64,000 bases of DNA from Raillietiella orientalis. Its lineage: Eukaryota. The number at the start of each line of letters is the position of its first letter. Positions within the stretch are counted from its first letter, which is position 1. Location of the stretch: contig JAYWIR010000003.1 in NCBI GenBank assembly GCA_036172245.1, forward strand, positions 3,844,001 to 3,908,000, written 5' to 3'. Under the pieces are notes generated by a model. That model was not told where the DNA came from and searched no databases. It saw only the letters and a program-made list of their open reading frames with translations. Shown one piece after another: positions 1-11,160 of the stretch. The translations under genes were made by a program, and so were the position numbers.

Positions 1-267
1 AATTCTGTTTTCGGCATTTGGATCGATCTATAAATACATATATTTACAATTTGGTATTTATGTATCCATTTCATATATATTTATTATGTGTAAAGATATC
101 TACATACTAAACACGTATGTATATTTATTTTTTATAATCTTCATCACATATATTGATCCTTTCATTAATCCCTGCATAAATTTACATATCCATATGTATG
201 TATTTTAAGATCTTTTGGGATTTCGAGGGTGCGGTGGATTTCGACTTTCGGGCTTTGGGCCGACACC
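1..267. mobile_element. Right end of an AT-rich Mutator-like non-autonomous TIR element (copy 1, runs off the window start)
   Basis: Starts aattctgttttcggcatttggatcg, like the internal motif at ~1447 and ~42960. Ends ttcgggctttgggccgacacc, the approximate reverse complement of the family left end gggttccgcccaaaatcccgaa at 42418. Confidence 0.5.
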
Positions 268-699
268 GGGCTGCACCCTCCTCTTGCCAGTGTCCCTCCG
301 ACCAGGAGCTGGTAAGTGTTGAGCCCTTGTTGATCCTTGGGTCAAAGTTGTCAGACAGGGGGACTGAACAGAGGAGACAGCAGTTTTGGGTGCTTCCTGC
401 TCAAATTTTCTGTCAGTATCTGTCGAGTTCTCTGGAAGAGAGGGCGCGTAGGTGTGCGCGGAGGCACATTTTTGCCCTTGAGGGCTGCTGAACGAGTGGC
501 AACATGCCCGAAGGATGGTACGAGTCGGATGGAGGAGGAAACGCTCCCGGAAGAGGGATGAAAAGAAAGCAGTTACTGCATGAGAAGCTTCCCTAAGGTC
601 GCACCCTCAGGCAATGAAGTGATCGGGTCGTTCGGGCGCTGAGACACAGGACAGGCCACAAAGGCGCGAACAGCGCCGCTTTACAAGGATAATGCAAAA

Positions 700-2350
700 A
701 AGCGTACACGTCAGGAAAATGCTACAGATGTTTCGAAACCTGGAATTCCTTCGTGAGGAAATCCCCCCTCGGGCCCGCTGCACAAACGAAGAGGAAAAGA
801 AGATGCCTTTCAAACCGGAATGCTGCTTACGGGCAGCTCAACTAATGCTTGGAGCGCGGATTCCTCTTTCAAATTTTCGTGTTCTAAGAGAGTTGACCTC
901 ATGTGCCGCTCTCCATCTGATGGTGGCAGTCGGATTCGACGAGGCGCCGACCGAAATCCCGAATGCGGAAATCCCGGGGGATCATAAAAAATGAATACGT
1001 GTTTATTATATATGTAAATATATGAATATTACAAAAATAAACATGTTGCTCATCGTGTAAAGATCAATATATAAATTTATTCCAACATGCATACTTACTG
1101 ATATTTATTAACACACACATTATTAATATAATTCATAATATGCGTAGAATTTAATTAATTCTTCAAAATATGTGTATACATGTTTTGAAGAACATTGCAA
1201 GTGAATACATATGCCTATTATAGATATATAGATATATTTCTATGTACATTTCTATATGTAACGAATGTATATTAAGTGAAGATATAAATATCGAATTATA
1301 AAATAAAAAAAACAGTGGTAACAATGAAAGGTGGTGGGGGAAGATAAAAAAGCAGGCAAATTAAAAAGACAAAGAAGAAACTTTGCATTTCATTTTCCCA
1401 TCATTTCCAACAATCAAAAAATGACACTTCCTCAGTAAATGATGAGTTCTATTTTGGGGATTTTGATTGCTTGATAAATGGATGTGTTGATAATAGTTTA
1501 TGATCCGATATTTATATATTCATTTGATATATATTTATCATATATATTAATGTATATTCACATATATAATGGACACATATGTTTGCATATTCTTTATTTT
1601 ATGTATTATCAGTATCTCAATGATATTATTAATTACATTAATAAGATATATATGCCAATCAGTGCTGACAACTGTATATGCTAAAATCATATTCCTATGA
1701 ATGACACATATGTTGATCAATTAATACATACTAATAAATAATATCCTCAAGTAAATATTGATAAATATGAGCGTTTGAAAGAAATTTGTATATTGATCCA
1801 TACAAAAATATATTTATTAATACACGCATTAAGCGTATATGTTTACTTTTTCTGATCCTTATAACATATATAAACCTACACGCTAACATATGTAATAAAC
1901 ATACAAATTTATTTTCGCTGATCGTTCAGGATTTTGAACCAAACCCTCTTTGGGGATGTGTAAGCACGGAAATACAGATTTGTCTGCAAGAGAAGCCCAT
2001 CATCACCTTACAGAGCCTTTGTTCTGCGACTGAATGGAAAGAGAGCGTCACGTGGATGCATGGTGCGTGGATGCTGCGGAACGTATAGCGAGTTTGGAAA
2101 GAGAAAGAATTATCCCTCCGTCAAGAGGGGGAGTTCGCCAGCGCAAAACCGACGATCTCCGAAAGATAAGCAAATAGGGAGATTTTTTGCCACTGCGACA
2201 TTCTTCACCTCGCGTCCCAAAGAACGCTCAAAAGGTACGATGTAGCAAAAGAAAGAGGCAGTCTCCGGCCATGGAAACCCAAAGTAGGCATCGCAAGATG
2301 CTCAGGCATCGATAGCACTCAGTTTGCAGATGCTTCACGCAGATGCGAAT
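700..2350 (+). mobile_element. Highly decayed Ty3/gypsy pol (RT/RNase H) remnant interrupted by the 943-1946 element
   Basis: Scattered degenerate motifs: FKPECC (~LKPEKC), HVDAW (~TDAS), FADASRR (~ADALSR). The 17-mer aaaccggaatgctgctt is shared with the remnant at ~6894. Many stops and frameshifts. Confidence 0.3.
943..1946. mobile_element. AT-rich Mutator-like non-autonomous TIR element (copy 2, both ends present)
   Basis: Left end ggcgccgaccgaaatcccgaa and right end ttcaggattttgaaccaaaccc are imperfect inverted repeats. Internal block ~1285-1480 is clearly homologous to ~42825-42990. No TSD recognisable; superfamily is inferred. Confidence 0.6.
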
Positions 2351-3399
2351 GGCAAGTCAACTCATTTCGCATCGAGTTTGCATGGCCGCAGCATCCCCGT
2401 TCGCCTGCTGCCCGGAAACGTCTTGAAAGCAACCCAAACACGGAGAGACGGTGCAACCGCGGCATCCCATACAAGCAGAGAAAATTCGCGCGTTTGGGTG
2501 TGAGGAGCATTCGTCCCGTTGGCCGCTTGCCACCCTCATGAGGAGCGGTAAGTTCCAAGACGGGCACGAAGCTGATGACGTCCCCCGGCCATCCTGATGA
2601 CGGCACTCGGATCAAGGACTGCAGAGCTAATCGTACTCTCTCTGATTTTTTTGCGAACCTAGCGAGAGATGCAGCGGGCAGGTTTATTCTTTAAATTGTC
2701 TGCTGGAGACTCCAAGGGCAGCAGAAACAATCAAAATGATCACAGTGATCTTCGCGGAACTTCCCATGTGACGGTTGCAAAGACAACTGTCACATGTGTC
2801 GCAACCAGAATGATCAAGGCTCGTGGCTAGCAGCCCATCTGAAGGGGGAAGATCAGAGGGTCACTTGATATTTTTCAAACTTGCTTCTCTTGGCCGAGCT
2901 GCACGACGCCTCCTTTCCAACCTCGGCCGGGCAGCAGATGTCCAGGACCACTATCCGATTGCTCCTCTGCAGTACCAAGTCGGGTCTTAGCGGGGGAGTT
3001 TACCCCTGAAGCTCAGATTCTCTCGTTCTCTCTCTTGCATTGCTCAGAAGAATAAGGCAGGCAAAAGACGAGTCTTGGGATCAGCAAGTTTCTGAATGAG
3101 TAGAGCATGGTTCAGGTTCAAAGGGCTTTTGATGGTTCGAGAGCCATGGATCCATCCGTTAGCTGAAGCTCCATCTTCAAAGATTTGGTTTGCTGCTTTG
3201 GAAAAGAAACAGGCAAATGCAGAAGAAATACAGTTCGTGTGGTCAGGTTGACATTTCCATTGTAACTGTGGTCTAAGGATTGTTCGCCGCGATTGGAAAG
3301 GCCAAAAAGTGAAAGTTTCAAGGTGTATGGAGGTTGCATGGCAACAAGCCATGCAAAACCAGTGCACATGATCACAAAAATCCAGATTTCACTATAAAC

Positions 3400-4250
3400 T
3401 GGTCATGGATCTCTTGAGGAAGAAGTTGTCCTCTCTCTGCTGTCTCCATTGGCAAAGCAAAGCACTGTGTGCTCCGAGAAAAACGAGCGCTTCCTTGCAA
3501 TTCAGAGGGAAAAAAGAACAAAATTTTTTTGGCTCGTATCCTTCAAATGAAGATGTTACGAAATGGCATTCTCCCGAGCAGAACAAGCAAATGTGGATGC
3601 CATAAAGCATCTTCCATCTTGGTAATTTTCGCCATTCTGAGAAATCGAGTTCTTTTCGTCCCCCTTTTGTCTAAACGCTAATGATGCTAAGGCGTCCATG
3701 AAAGATTCTAAGGTGCCCAATGACCCAACTCTTGAACATGCGGACACGCAAGCATCCCCAACGCATTTCCAGGAAGACTCAAGACGTGGGATTAAAACTC
3801 ACAGGTCAATCTCGCATTTTAATTGACCGCGAAACGGCCATTCGGGAAAGGGAACTCGAAAGAAAGGATGCTTTGAAATGGCTGCTGCTTCGAATAAAAA
3901 ATCTTTGATGCAAAGCAGAAAAAAGGAAAAGTCTCCGAACCCATCTCCTCAAAGGGCGATTTACCCAAAAGTAGGTCGTCTGAATAACCTGTGTCGCAAT
4001 CAAAGAAAGGCCGGTAATAAAAAAAAGCAAAAACAAATTCAGTGAAAGATCTGAAGAAGCAACCATAAGTGAACTTCGATCTCTGCTTGGAGACGCTTCC
4101 CACTCAGCATCCAGGATGAAACCAGCTGGAGCAATTGCAGCCTGTTTGGTGATTTTTACGGTTGCGGCAGGGGCTTTGCCACAGGTACTGAATTTTCCAT
4201 TTAAACCGAATAGAGCGAACTGCATGAACCGATGAAAAAAATTGCACCCC
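3400..4250 (+). pseudogene. Possible decayed SWIM + YqaJ-like exonuclease ORF of a DNA transposon
   Basis: Weak motifs in the expected order across frames: GKAKHC, KWHSP, TGQS, ALKW, IQ..C...GDF. Heavily disrupted. Confidence 0.2.
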
Positions 4251-4399
4251 TCGGGATTCGGAGTCAGTTGAGATAGAGAGGAGATAGAAAATAGAGTAAC
4301 AGCCATAATAACGGAAAGTGCTTGGTATCATTTGTCGATGCCTCGGAACTGATTAAAACTGCTTCAGAAGTTTGGTGTGTGGACTGTCATGCCATAGTT

Positions 4400-4700
4400 T
4401 TCATTCGTATCTTTGTCGATCTGTTTGGAGAGCCATGGAATCTTTGCATCCGAGAGAGGGCCATTCTCTCATTGGCATTCAGCGACGCTGAGATCGTTTC
4501 CGTGGTAACGCAGACCCGAAGCCTTCCTTTCAACGTTCCTCTTCCGCGAATGGAATCTTTCCTTTCTGGTTTTGTCAGCGATGTGCGCAGGTTCGCTGGA
4601 GTGGGGATGAGGTCGCACACCTAGGATGCCTTTAGGTCTGAAACTGTGCATGATGTGGTTCCAGAATCTCCTCTTCAAATCCTGGAACAGTTCTCCAGCG
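4400..4700 (+). mobile_element. Decayed gypsy integrase-like fragment, partly duplicated at ~7665-7835
   Basis: ttctggttttgtcagcgatgt...cacacctaggatgc...tctgaaac..gtgcatgatgtggtt..agaatc occurs at ~4565-4670 and ~7717-7821. FIRIFVDLFGEP resembles the integrase PF..IGID..GP motif. Confidence 0.35.
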
Positions 4701-5326
4701 ATTTTCTGGGCAGGAAGAATTCCCCCCGATTAATCCAATGGTCACGGCGTTCTTGCATGGGATGCTCAACGACGGGATTCGTTTCGGCATGCCCTGTTCT
4801 CGCAGCACTGCATGCCTTCCGGCCTTGGGTGTCGGCGGAACCTTCCTCGGATGGGCTCGGTTCACGGGCGTGTGTAAGAGCACTTCGGTCTGAGACGCTT
4901 TCTTGCACTTTGTGTGGCATCGGACACAGCCTATCGAGAGCATCCTTCACGTGGATTGGGGGTATGCTTCCGGTGTTTGACATCAGCTTGCTCAATGACT
5001 CTTCCGCAACCCCCCCTCAATCGCCTAGCTTTTGAAAAGTTCCGTCGGGAAGGCGCAGGCGAGCAAGGTTCTGCCAAACTTTTGAATGCTCTTTCTTCGC
5101 GGATTCCTGGGTGTTTCCCAACAGACTTTTCCAGCCAGGGTTTCTTTAGCGGAGTCGCACCAGGGAAGCACCAGAGCTTGTCTCCAAATCATGCTGCTTG
5201 TTCCCAACGACCGAGTTGTGGGCATCCTGGAACAGTTTCTTCGCAGTGCTCAAGATCGTGAAGAGGGAGTCTGTCCCCTTCACAAACCCTTTCGCCGAGA
5301 AGGGAGACGTTTTCCAAAGATCTCTT

Positions 5327-6078
5327 GAGTCGCGTTGGCGGGACGGGCGGCTACGGTCTCCGTTCGCGGTATCAAGCGTTGCAGTTCGAATCCTCACGTG
5401 GAGGATCGGCGCCAAGAATGGGGGTGCGTCGTGGGTTTCAGGTCCCCCCCCCTGGTAGGATGATGCTTGTTGACTCATTCGGGTGCGACACTGGTGAAAC
5501 CCGGATGTCCTGACGAGTGGCCGGAATTGGAAGTTGAACCTCCGGGGTCCTTCCAGGAATCAAGAATCCGTTCCCATTGGGGTCTCCCTTCTCCGGTTGT
5601 GAAAATGGGGCCGTCCTTCCCGTCTGTGGATGAACCCTCCATCGCGTACCATGGAGCTGGTGGATTGATGATGCCTCCCCAGGATGTGAAGTGCGCTGTT
5701 CCCTTCAGGAAGCGCCCTCCAGAGAAAATCTGAAGGCGTTTCTTCCGGGGTTCTCTTCAAAGGAGGAAACCCGGAGCGTTTTGCTTTCCGAGTTCCCTTC
5801 GGAGAAGATGAAATAAAGAGGACCACCCCCCTTCCGGGGTAGTCCCTCCGGAGAGAATGAGGAAGAGCTGTTTCTCTTCGGGGTTTCCTCCCAAGCGTAA
5901 GAGGAACGGACTCCTTCCGCTGAAGGCTTCCTGGATTCATAGGGTGGTCCCCCCTGGGTTACCTCCCCAACTTGAAGAGTTGACACTGTCCGCCCGCCCT
6001 CAGATGGCGTGGAGTGGCGTTAAAGAGCTCTGTAATCCCCTCGGCGAGCGGCACTTTGCGATCAAAAAAAAAAAAAAG
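5327..6078 (+). mobile_element. tRNA-derived SINE, copy A (near full length)
   Basis: tRNA-like head with B box gttcgaatcc, ~650-nt body shared with copies at 26182, 33575, 39908 and 10940, and an A-rich tail at 6064-6077. Confidence 0.7.
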
Positions 6079-6699
6079 TTGAATGAACGCTCTTCTCGAT
6101 GATCCAACGACCTCTGCCTGCTGATGGGATGGCAAGATGGTGGTGGTAGCTGCGAGAAATGCTCTCAAAGCTGCTCATAAAAAAAAATATCTCTCGAGTC
6201 CAATCCGTCTTCATTTTAGCTATTGCGACCGACGAAGCTCTGTGTCTCAGCTGAAACCCTTGTGAGGAAACCGGGGGTGTTCTTTCCGGAACTTGTACAA
6301 CGCGGTGTCCCTCCCCAATCATTACTGCTTTGCTACTTAACTGGTTAGCGACCTTCTTGCTTTGCGAACTGGAGCAACACACCAAAACTCGATCTTTCGG
6401 GCTCCTCCTTCTCACGATGCTTCCTTTCCTGCCTTTTTGGGGTATGGGAATGCGCTCTTGAGAGTACCAGGTGAAGATGTTGCTCCAGTACGAGGCCGTG
6501 CTCAGATGGATCCGGAGAAATCGCATGCCATCCTCATCTTTGACGTACGCAAGCCGTCGAAGCCACTTCGAGGAGACAGAAAGGGGGGCGGGAGGAAAGG
6601 GAGAAAAGGGGGGAAAGTAGACAAGAATGGGGGAAAGGGGGAAAAACTCCTTGCTTAGGGAGAGCGAACTAACAGTGAATTAACGAGGTGAAAAAAATT

Positions 6700-7850
6700 C
6701 GTGGTTCCAAGGCATGAAAGCTTCCGTCCAGCAACGCGAGTGCCCAACGCACGCTTCCGTCAGGGATGCTTCAAATGAAGATGTCACGATGGGAAGGAGT
6801 GATATCTCGTCGATTTCCGATCCGTCCGGTGCTCCCCGTTCAACCGGTCCACCTCTAGCAAACGAGCCGCAGGAAAACAGAGAATTCTCTCCAAAACCGG
6901 AATGCTGCTTCTCATCCGGATGCTCATCCCTGCTGAGAGACACCGTTGAGCGGTTAGGCGAAGATTTCGCCCGTCCAGGTCCGTTCCACTCTTGGACTTC
7001 CAGAGAGAGCCTGTCCCGGTTCGAGCACGCCAGGAAGCTCTACTGAGACGGTCGCCCTTGGGCCCTCCGCTCGCCTTCTCTTGAGGCTGCCGCTTTATCC
7101 CACTTCCTGGCTGTCTTGAATGCCTCGTTCAAGCATCCCATCACCTTGTGAGGACCTGAAGCAGCTCCTGCATCTTAGACAGACGAGAGGAAGTTAGACT
7201 ATAGAATTACTTGTCTATGCAATCCGGCGTCATCAGTGAAATTGTCTTAGAAGCTTCGCAAGCCAGTTTGACTGGCAAGATAAGGAAGGGCTTGGAGGAA
7301 TCTTGGCGCTCCGTCGAAACCGTCTTTCGGCAGACGATCTGTTTCGTGCGTTCAGTTGCTCAGTTTCGTACTGTGCAGCAAAATAATATACGACTCGAAC
7401 GGCAATTTTTGATCGTATCTTCCATTCCTTCGGACCGACCTGTGGAATCATTCGTTCCAAAGTGTCGGAGAATGAGGCTTCAGTGAGGCCATGAGGTACC
7501 ATCTTGCTTGTTTTCCTTTCGAGACCTCCTCCGTGCAAAGAGGAGGCGATCCGGAAGTCGGCTTCACTCGTTCCCTTACACTCCCATACATCCCATCTTC
7601 TACGTGGGAATAAATTTCCTGACCGCCTTCCCCTTGAATGATGCTGGGGTTGCTTTAGGCAACGCGGAACCGAATCCTCCTTTTAACGCTCTGCGTCGGT
7701 GAACTGAAGCTTTCCGTTCTGGTTTTGTCAGCGATGTTCCCAGGTCCTGAGGAATGTGGATGAGATCACACACCTAGGATGCTTTGATGTCTGAAACCGT
7801 GCATGATGTGGTTTCAGAATCACCTCTTCCTAACGCTGAAGAGTTTCAGA
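6700..7850 (+). mobile_element. Decayed Ty3/gypsy pol remnant (RT to integrase)
   Basis: DISSIS...PKPECCF (~DDILIFS...LKPEKCxF), followed by LHSFPYTPIHPIFYVGINFLTAFPL (~LQPIP..PF..VGIDFLGPFP). Stops and frameshifts throughout. Confidence 0.4.
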
Positions 7851-8408
7851 TCATGACGATTCCACAGTTCATGCGCTCCAGAGATCCTCGACAAAACGCA
7901 TTCAGGGCTGCACATTCCCTTCTATGATGAAGCTTCCATCTGCTTTCTCGCAAGTCTGTGATTTCCGACCATCACCTTGGAAACGAGCGTAGAGACTTTG
8001 ATCCGAACGAAAACTTTTGCCAGGTGTCGAAGCAAGAGAAAAGCTAGCACGAGGTGAAACAGGAAAATCGCATTCCTGAACAGGAATCCGTAAACAGGAA
8101 TGAGATGACGCCTGTGATTGATGCGAGCATCATCGTGTTCCTTTGATGTGCTTTGCACTCGCAGCTTCACTCAATGTAGTATCTCAAAAAGAAAGAAAGA
8201 AGACACTTTCTTTCCGGGTCAGAGTGTAGGCACATTGCACAATGAGGTCGAATCAGGGTCAAGGCAGTTTGTGGAAATTGTCGAGAGAGAGAGCATTTGC
8301 GAATTCCTAAATTTGCTAAAGAATTTCAAAACACGCGATCGTAAACGATTTGCATTTCAAAGAGTGGAAAGGCACCACGCGAATGGCAACTCTTGTTCCG
8401 TCGAACTA

Positions 8409-8741
8409 CAGGGGTACCTCGGTACTCGACGGTGTCGGAACTCGTCGAACTCAGTACTCGTCGCATGTTGACGAGGGAAAAAAAATGCTTCGACACTCGC
8501 CGCATGCTCGGAACTCGACACCCCCCACTCCCATGATGAAACAGGTGAACGCTTTCGTCTCGTGGTAGCTCGCCAACAGTGTCCAACACTTCCATAGAAT
8601 GACTTCCTTTCTTTGTGTGCTTTCTGTGCATTTTAAGCATTAATCACGGTTATATGGAAAATTCGTTTGGTGCTTGTCGGTTTCGGCACTCGTCGCGACG
8701 AGTTCCGGAACGAATTGCCGACGAGTACCGAGGTACCACTG
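8409..8741. mobile_element. Tc1/mariner-pogo (Tigger-like) MITE
   Basis: Ends TA|caggggtacctcggtactcg and cgagtaccgaggtaccactg|TA form a 20-bp TIR with 1 mismatch and a TA target duplication. 333 bp, no coding capacity. Confidence 0.8.
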
Positions 8742-8808
8742 TATTTGCGTTCGAAATGATAAAACAGATCAACTTTGTATGCATTCACACAGATCACTCT
8801 CTTCCTAG

Positions 8809-9096
8809 GTAGGCGAATCAGATGAGATCCAGTCGAATTTGGAAGAGAAAGCACGCATACTCCTAGATGAGATTCTACCTAGCCACAGACACATTCCACG
8901 GACCTGCAGCGTCCTCGGCGTCGACAACGTGAAGAAATCGGAAAATCTCCGCTACAAGGAATACAACGGATTCGTCTACAAGTTCCAAAGCAAGCTACGG
9001 TGTCCTGACGACAACCCAAACAGATGTCTGTTCGAAGTGTACAATGATGAGCACAAAAATTACACACTGCTAGTGGACACGACGTGCTTTTCCTAA
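8809..9096 (+). CDS. Putative terminal exon of a small Cys-containing, possibly cystatin-fold, protein
   Basis: Acceptor cttcctag|GTA at 8809 is in frame with ORF 8839-9096. Protein-like sequence (CSVLGVDNVKK...GFVYKFQSKLRC...RCLFEVY...TC*), with attaaa ~35 nt downstream. Upstream exon not established. Confidence 0.4.
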   Translation, partial: VGESDEIQSNLEEKARILLDEILPSHRHIPRTCSVLGVDNVKKSENLRYKEYNGFVYKFQSKLRCPDDNPNRCLFEVYNDEHKNYTLLVDTTCFS

Positions 9097-10939
9097 CGCG
9101 TGGAAAATAAGTTGTACCATCCTTCCTTGGTTATTAAATGTCAAACCGTCTTTAATCCTAAAAAAAAAAATGGATAAATAAATTCCACCTCATCATTAGA
9201 CAGTCACTCCGTTTTAGAAACTGCTTTCGAGTAGAAGGATCCACGAGGCTGTGTTTCTAATAGCATGAAGAAACAATTTGTATTTCACTGTTGGTGTTTG
9301 CATCCGCTGACTTTCAATCGAAGAAAAAGTTCCAGGAAAGGACTGCTTTTGGAAACGTTCTTTCGAGCACGGTGCACTCTTCAACGCAACACCCGCAAGA
9401 TGAAGCACCCTTTTGCTGTTGTCTTCGGCGAGTCCGAAACGAGCTGGGCGTTCAGGAGCTCTCCTGCCACCGCGAATGAATTGGTCAGCGCATGCCCAGT
9501 CCTGAACCACTGGACGCAAATTCCAGCCACGCTCCCGTGTTCAGGGATCGCGCATTTCCGACGCATTCCGGCTTCTGGCTGACGGCGTGAAATTTCTTCT
9601 CTTACCCACCCCATGGGGTGAAACACTCAATGGGGTTCACAACACAACTCTTCGGACATGAGACGCATCGCAACGTGCTGAAAGCAAATCAGATATCGGC
9701 ATAGAGGGCATTCTCGGGAAAGCAGTTGGGATTGCCGAAAAACACGATGACTACTCGATGTCTTGTTTGAGAAGCAAAAGCAAATTTACGAGAGAGGTGT
9801 GCAGTAGGTCACCGCATGGCGGGGGGAATGCGTTCTGCGTTGTACGAGCCCTACGGGTCATCCTAGGATAAGGGAAAGTATTTGTAAAAGATGGAACATG
9901 TATCATATAATGTTCATTTATTATTTAGCCTGGAGTTTTAAAATAGCTTTTAAAGTTTCCTTGATATTTAGTCCTTGTAAACAATTCTGTACTCTATCTC
10001 TATGGTTTCCGTTGATGAAGAAAAAGAAAGAAGCTTTTTTCCTTCTTATAGAGCGAAAATACAAAAACAATTCACTCCAATTGAATCGTATTCTTTTTTG
10101 AAAACAGCAAATTTAAAATGGAAACCGCAAAATTTAAATTTATCCATAGCGTCGTACGGGACTCCCTACCGCGCCACACGAGGACTGACGCCTTACGTCG
10201 CGTTACACGAATCTGCGTCAGACGGGGATCGGCTGCACACTTTTCCTGCGAAGGTGACTCAGACACGCTTCTCCGGAATGAAATAGGTGTTCTCGTGCCT
10301 GTTTGCTTATCCCAACACCCCCCGCCATCTCCGGAATTTTCCCCTTCATCAGCTTCCCCACAAGATTGCTTCTGGTACACTCCAGCAACGGGAGAACCTG
10401 CAAGCCGGTCCAGCGATGAAGAGAGAATTCGCGAAAGAAGTGACCAGCGTCGAATGGTAGAGAAGCCTTGACACCTCTGCAAGACCTGCTTCTGACAATG
10501 ATGCATGGTCACGTAGACCCTTTCATGAAAGTTCTGGAATCGCAGGGTTTACCATTCCCACCATCATTGTAAACTGTTCATCGAGGCCATGCAATGATGA
10601 TGACCCCTGAACACGCAAAGATTGGCATCCGCTTGAAGAGTTCTCGACACAGGGCTGCCTTGACTCCGCTCCAAGCACTTCGCGACTGTTGCAGGGGAGA
10701 CCGAAAAAGCAAAGCGGGAAAAGGCAAGCCGCTTTAGGATGGGATCCTGCAGCTCCTGGATTTCCATGGGTTCCCTCTTTCACCGGCTCTTCAGCAGCCT
10801 TTCATTGCATACGATCCGAATGGCTCAGTTAGCTCTCTGGACTGTACTCTTTTGTCTGAACGAATAAGAGGGGTTCTCCACGATGGGGGTCTTAGCCGCT
10901 CTTAACCCTTGCACAGCCGGGAGGGGGGGGGAACTCACC

Positions 10940-11160
10940 ACCCTTTGATTCCTGAAAGGACCCGAAGGTCGACTCCCATTATTCCGGCTTCAAATCGGAG
11001 ACTCCGGTTTGAACCGCTACCGGTACCGCACCCGAATGTTTGTAGGCCAACCAGCGTCATCTCTCAGGAGGAACTCGGAACCCACGGCGCAGTGCGGCAG
11101 TTTCTGTCGGAGTATTCGAGCCCGCGACTCCTGGTGCCACGCGCGGAAGCCGCGACCAAG
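10940..11160 (-). mobile_element. tRNA-derived SINE, copy E (5' part, diverged)
   Basis: Reverse complement matches the SINE head and early body: cgcgggctcgaat..., gatgacgctgg, cattcgggtgcg, gggtcctttcaggaatcaa. Confidence 0.55.
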
